Source: Podarcis erhardii (taxonomy: Eukaryota). Taken from it: 64,000 bases of DNA. A program made the translations under genes and the position numbers. Below are positions 61,735-64,000 of this stretch, piece by piece. The stretch is taken from NCBI GenBank assembly GCA_964252035.1, contig OZ176203.1; one strand, 5' to 3'. A model generated the notes under the pieces. The model was not told where the DNA came from and made no database searches. It worked only from the letters and a program-made list of their open reading frames with translations. The stretch's first letter is position 1. Every line of letters starts with the position of its first letter.

Positions 61735-62753
61735 CCCGTATTTTTCCCTCTATAACACGCAGATTTTTTTCTCCTAAAAAGCAAGGGGAAATGTCTGTGC
61801 GTGTTATTGAGCGAATGTGTGGTCCCTGGAGCTGACTGTCCCAAGTACAGGGCAAAAATCAGGCAAAAATCATATCGCGCCATCACGGAGGAGAGAAGGC
61901 TGCTGCTTTCCTGCATTCTGCCTCAGGGTCTTACTGCCCACCCACTTCTGTTTCGTTACTGTGTTTGCTCAAACGGAACAAAGAGCAGGCAAATCCCCTC
62001 CCCTCCAGGCAAGCAGAGGGGAAAGCAGAGCGTCCTTCCCTCTAATTCCTCTCCGTGCTCCGGTGCTGCTGCTGCTGCGTCTAGGGACTCGCAGGCAGCG
62101 GAAAACTTGCAGGAGAGAGGGGGGGCTGGCTTGGGTGGGGGGACTTTTGCCTTCCTTCCCCCCCCTTTAAACTCCTCTCCTGCATTCTTAGCCAGCTGCT
62201 TCTCCGCACATCCCTCTCGTGCTCCTTGTCCCTTCTATGTTTTTCCTTCCCTCCCCACTTAAAACGTGGTTACAAAGCACGGATCCACATGGATCCTCAG
62301 GATCTTTGCATTGGGTCACCCCAAATTCACCGTCAGATCATATAGCAATGATCTGATGCAAAAACAGGGCTGCAATGGTGCAAAAACGTGGTTACAAAGC
62401 ACGGATCCACATGGATCCTCAGGATCTTTGCATTGGGTCACCCCAGATTCACCATCAGATCACATAGCATGTCCATGGCTACAGCCTGCACCCAAAAAAA
62501 TCACGCACCCACTGTTGCCTGGGGCTGCAATGGTGCAAAAACGTGGTTACAAAGCACAGATCGACATGGATTCTCAGGATTTTTGCATTGGGCTACCCCA
62601 AACTCACCGTCAAATCACATGTCTGTGGCCACAGCATGAAGCACAAAAATGATACATCCACTGTTTCATTCAGATTTTTTTTTTCTTGTTTTCCTCCTCT
62701 AAAAACTATGTGCGTGTTATGGTCAGGTGCGTGTTATCGAGCGAAAAATACGG
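61735..62753. mobile_element. About 1-kb Tc1/mariner (pogo-like) non-autonomous transposon in a WDR4 intron, with internal tandem repeats
   Basis: TIRs CCGTATTTTTCCCTCTATAACACGCA / TGCGTGTTATCGAGCGAAAAATACGG (24/26), TA flanks. Confidence 0.88.
62261..62625 (+). repeat. Three tandem units inside the transposon (starts 62261, 62383, 62538)
   Basis: Each unit begins AAAACGTGGTTACAAAGCAC(G/A)GATC; units of 122 bp, 155 bp and a partial third. Confidence 0.9.
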
Positions 62754-63007
62754 TATTTGATTGGGCAACCATATCTACACCATGTTCTTCTCAAGCTTGA
62801 GAGTGTTTATTAAAAACTGGTAACACTGTCAAAGGATGTTGCCAAATGGATTCAACCAGTGCTACCTAGCCTTATGTGCACAGATATTAAATAACTGGCT
62901 CCAAGCCAGCTCCAGTTCAATGCCCTTTTCCTGTATGAGTATCCCAAAGTTCTTTGCTTGACACCATAGCAGGGGAAGCCCAGCTGTAACCAGAAAGCTC
63001 CTCTCAC

Positions 63008-63191
63008 CTGCCACTGTCCATTCACAGTCTGATAGAACAGAAGAGGTGTTTGCATGTCCTCCTGCAGAATCCAGAGCCCCCCTGTTTTCTCAAATGCAAT
63101 GGCCCAGCCTTTGCAGATCAAGGGGATGTTCTGCTTGTGAATGAGTTTCTGAGTCTCAGGGTCAAGCTGGAAGATGGAAACTGTGGGAAGA
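63008..63191 (-). CDS. WDR4: WDR4 antepenultimate coding exon, 184 bp (non-catalytic subunit of the METTL1-WDR4 tRNA m7G46 methyltransferase)
   Basis: Minus strand aaaag|T...CAG|gtgaga; LPTVSIFQLDPETQKLIHKQNIPLICKGWAIAFEKTGGLWILQEDMQTPLLFYQTVNGQWQ vs human [61 protein letters not shown]. Confidence 0.93.
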
Positions 63192-64000
63192 CTTTTCAGA
63201 AATGATCAGTAATGATTAGGGCTATCATTTTTACAGAGCAAATTTTGCACGCCAAGATTGCCTAGCAGGTTAAAACACGTCAATCAAAACTCTTAGAGAC
63301 CTTGTGTAAAGTGATTGTTGATTTGCCCCAAATTTCACATAAGGCTTAAATGTACAGATTCCTTCCGGTCTTGGCCAATGCATGCAATATGATCACCTCG
63401 TAGAGCAGGGATGGGGAACCTGTGGGGCTCCAGATGTTGCTGGACTACAGTTCTCATCATCTCTGATCTAGGGCTGGGGCCGATGGGAATTGGAGTCCAA
63501 CAACATCTGGAGAGCCAAAGATTTCTCATCCCTACTGTAGAGGTCAAAGCTCAACAACTTTGCTGACGCCTCCCTAGAAGAAGCTCAACAACTGTGGATG
63601 TTCCTCCCCCGAAAAAGCTCAACAACTTTGGGTCTCACTCCCTGTGAGTGATTGTTTATAAGGTCCCCTTATGGTTCTTCCTGACCAACAAGAATGTCCA
63701 GTTCATGGTAGCACACATCTCAAGATAAATGCAGGAGAACTGCCCATGTTCTAAGAAGAGATTTCCAAACATGCCGTGGATACAGCAAAGCTAATGTAGC
63801 AATGCGAGCATCAAACAAAATCAACTTCATTATATTATATGAATTCAGACAGGCTTAATATTATTGAAGCAAAATATTATTATCATGAACAAAGAAAAAT
63901 CCACATTCTAGGGGGCCATGACTACACTGCTTCCACAGTAATTTTAAAGCAACAGATATCTGACATGCCTAATAATGAAATTATGTAATTTGGCTGTTGC

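Noticed and set aside
62261-62625. Repeat array as a possible CRISPR-like locus (also the AAGCTCAACAACT triplet at ~63546-63630)
   Set aside because: Eukaryotic intron, whole units repeated with no unique spacers, no cas genes. The 63.5-kb triplet resembles the interior of the hAT MITE at ~5500-5515.
61801-62800. Cluster of overlapping ORFs (153, 117, 128 aa and others)
   Set aside because: They lie wholly inside a GC-rich non-autonomous transposon and its tandem repeats, with no DDE/DDD transposase motifs.
63192-64000. Next upstream WDR4 exon
   Set aside because: No minus-strand segment with suitable splice sites and WDR4-like translation was recognised; it probably lies beyond the window.

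Overview
Vertebrate genomic DNA, most likely from a squamate (lacertid-type lizard), inferred from the Sauria SINEs, L2/CR1 relics and hAT/Tc1-mariner MITEs. The + strand carries 16 coding exons of PDE9A (cGMP-specific phosphodiesterase 9A), from the exon equivalent to human exon 3 (168-245) to a stop codon at 45094-45096. All introns are GT-AG, the phases join into one open frame (1417 nt including the stop), and the catalytic motifs HNFRH, CHDLDH, CDISNE and TAQIGF are intact. The - strand carries the last three coding exons of WDR4 (63008-63191, 61318-61387, 59531-59694), converging on PDE9A as at human 21q22.3. The rest is intron or intergenic DNA dense in SINEs, MITEs (several with exact TSDs), solo LTRs, LINE relics and microsatellites. 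Nearly all ORFs in the supplied track are chance ORFs. I found no CRISPR array, rRNA, true tRNA gene or new multi-gene system. The best leads are: (i) a stop-free, in-frame candidate PDE9A exon at 1056-1169 adding a Cys-Cys plus hydrophobic segment; (ii) two well-flanked stop-containing candidate exons in the 17-kb intron; (iii) a 42-bp exact local copy of a MITE segment inside a solo LTR 1.3 kb away; (iv) a 38-bp near-perfect palindrome with mirrored GATA and FOX sites between the genes. Homologies are recognised from memory; no database search was run, and exon numbers follow my recollection of the human gene.
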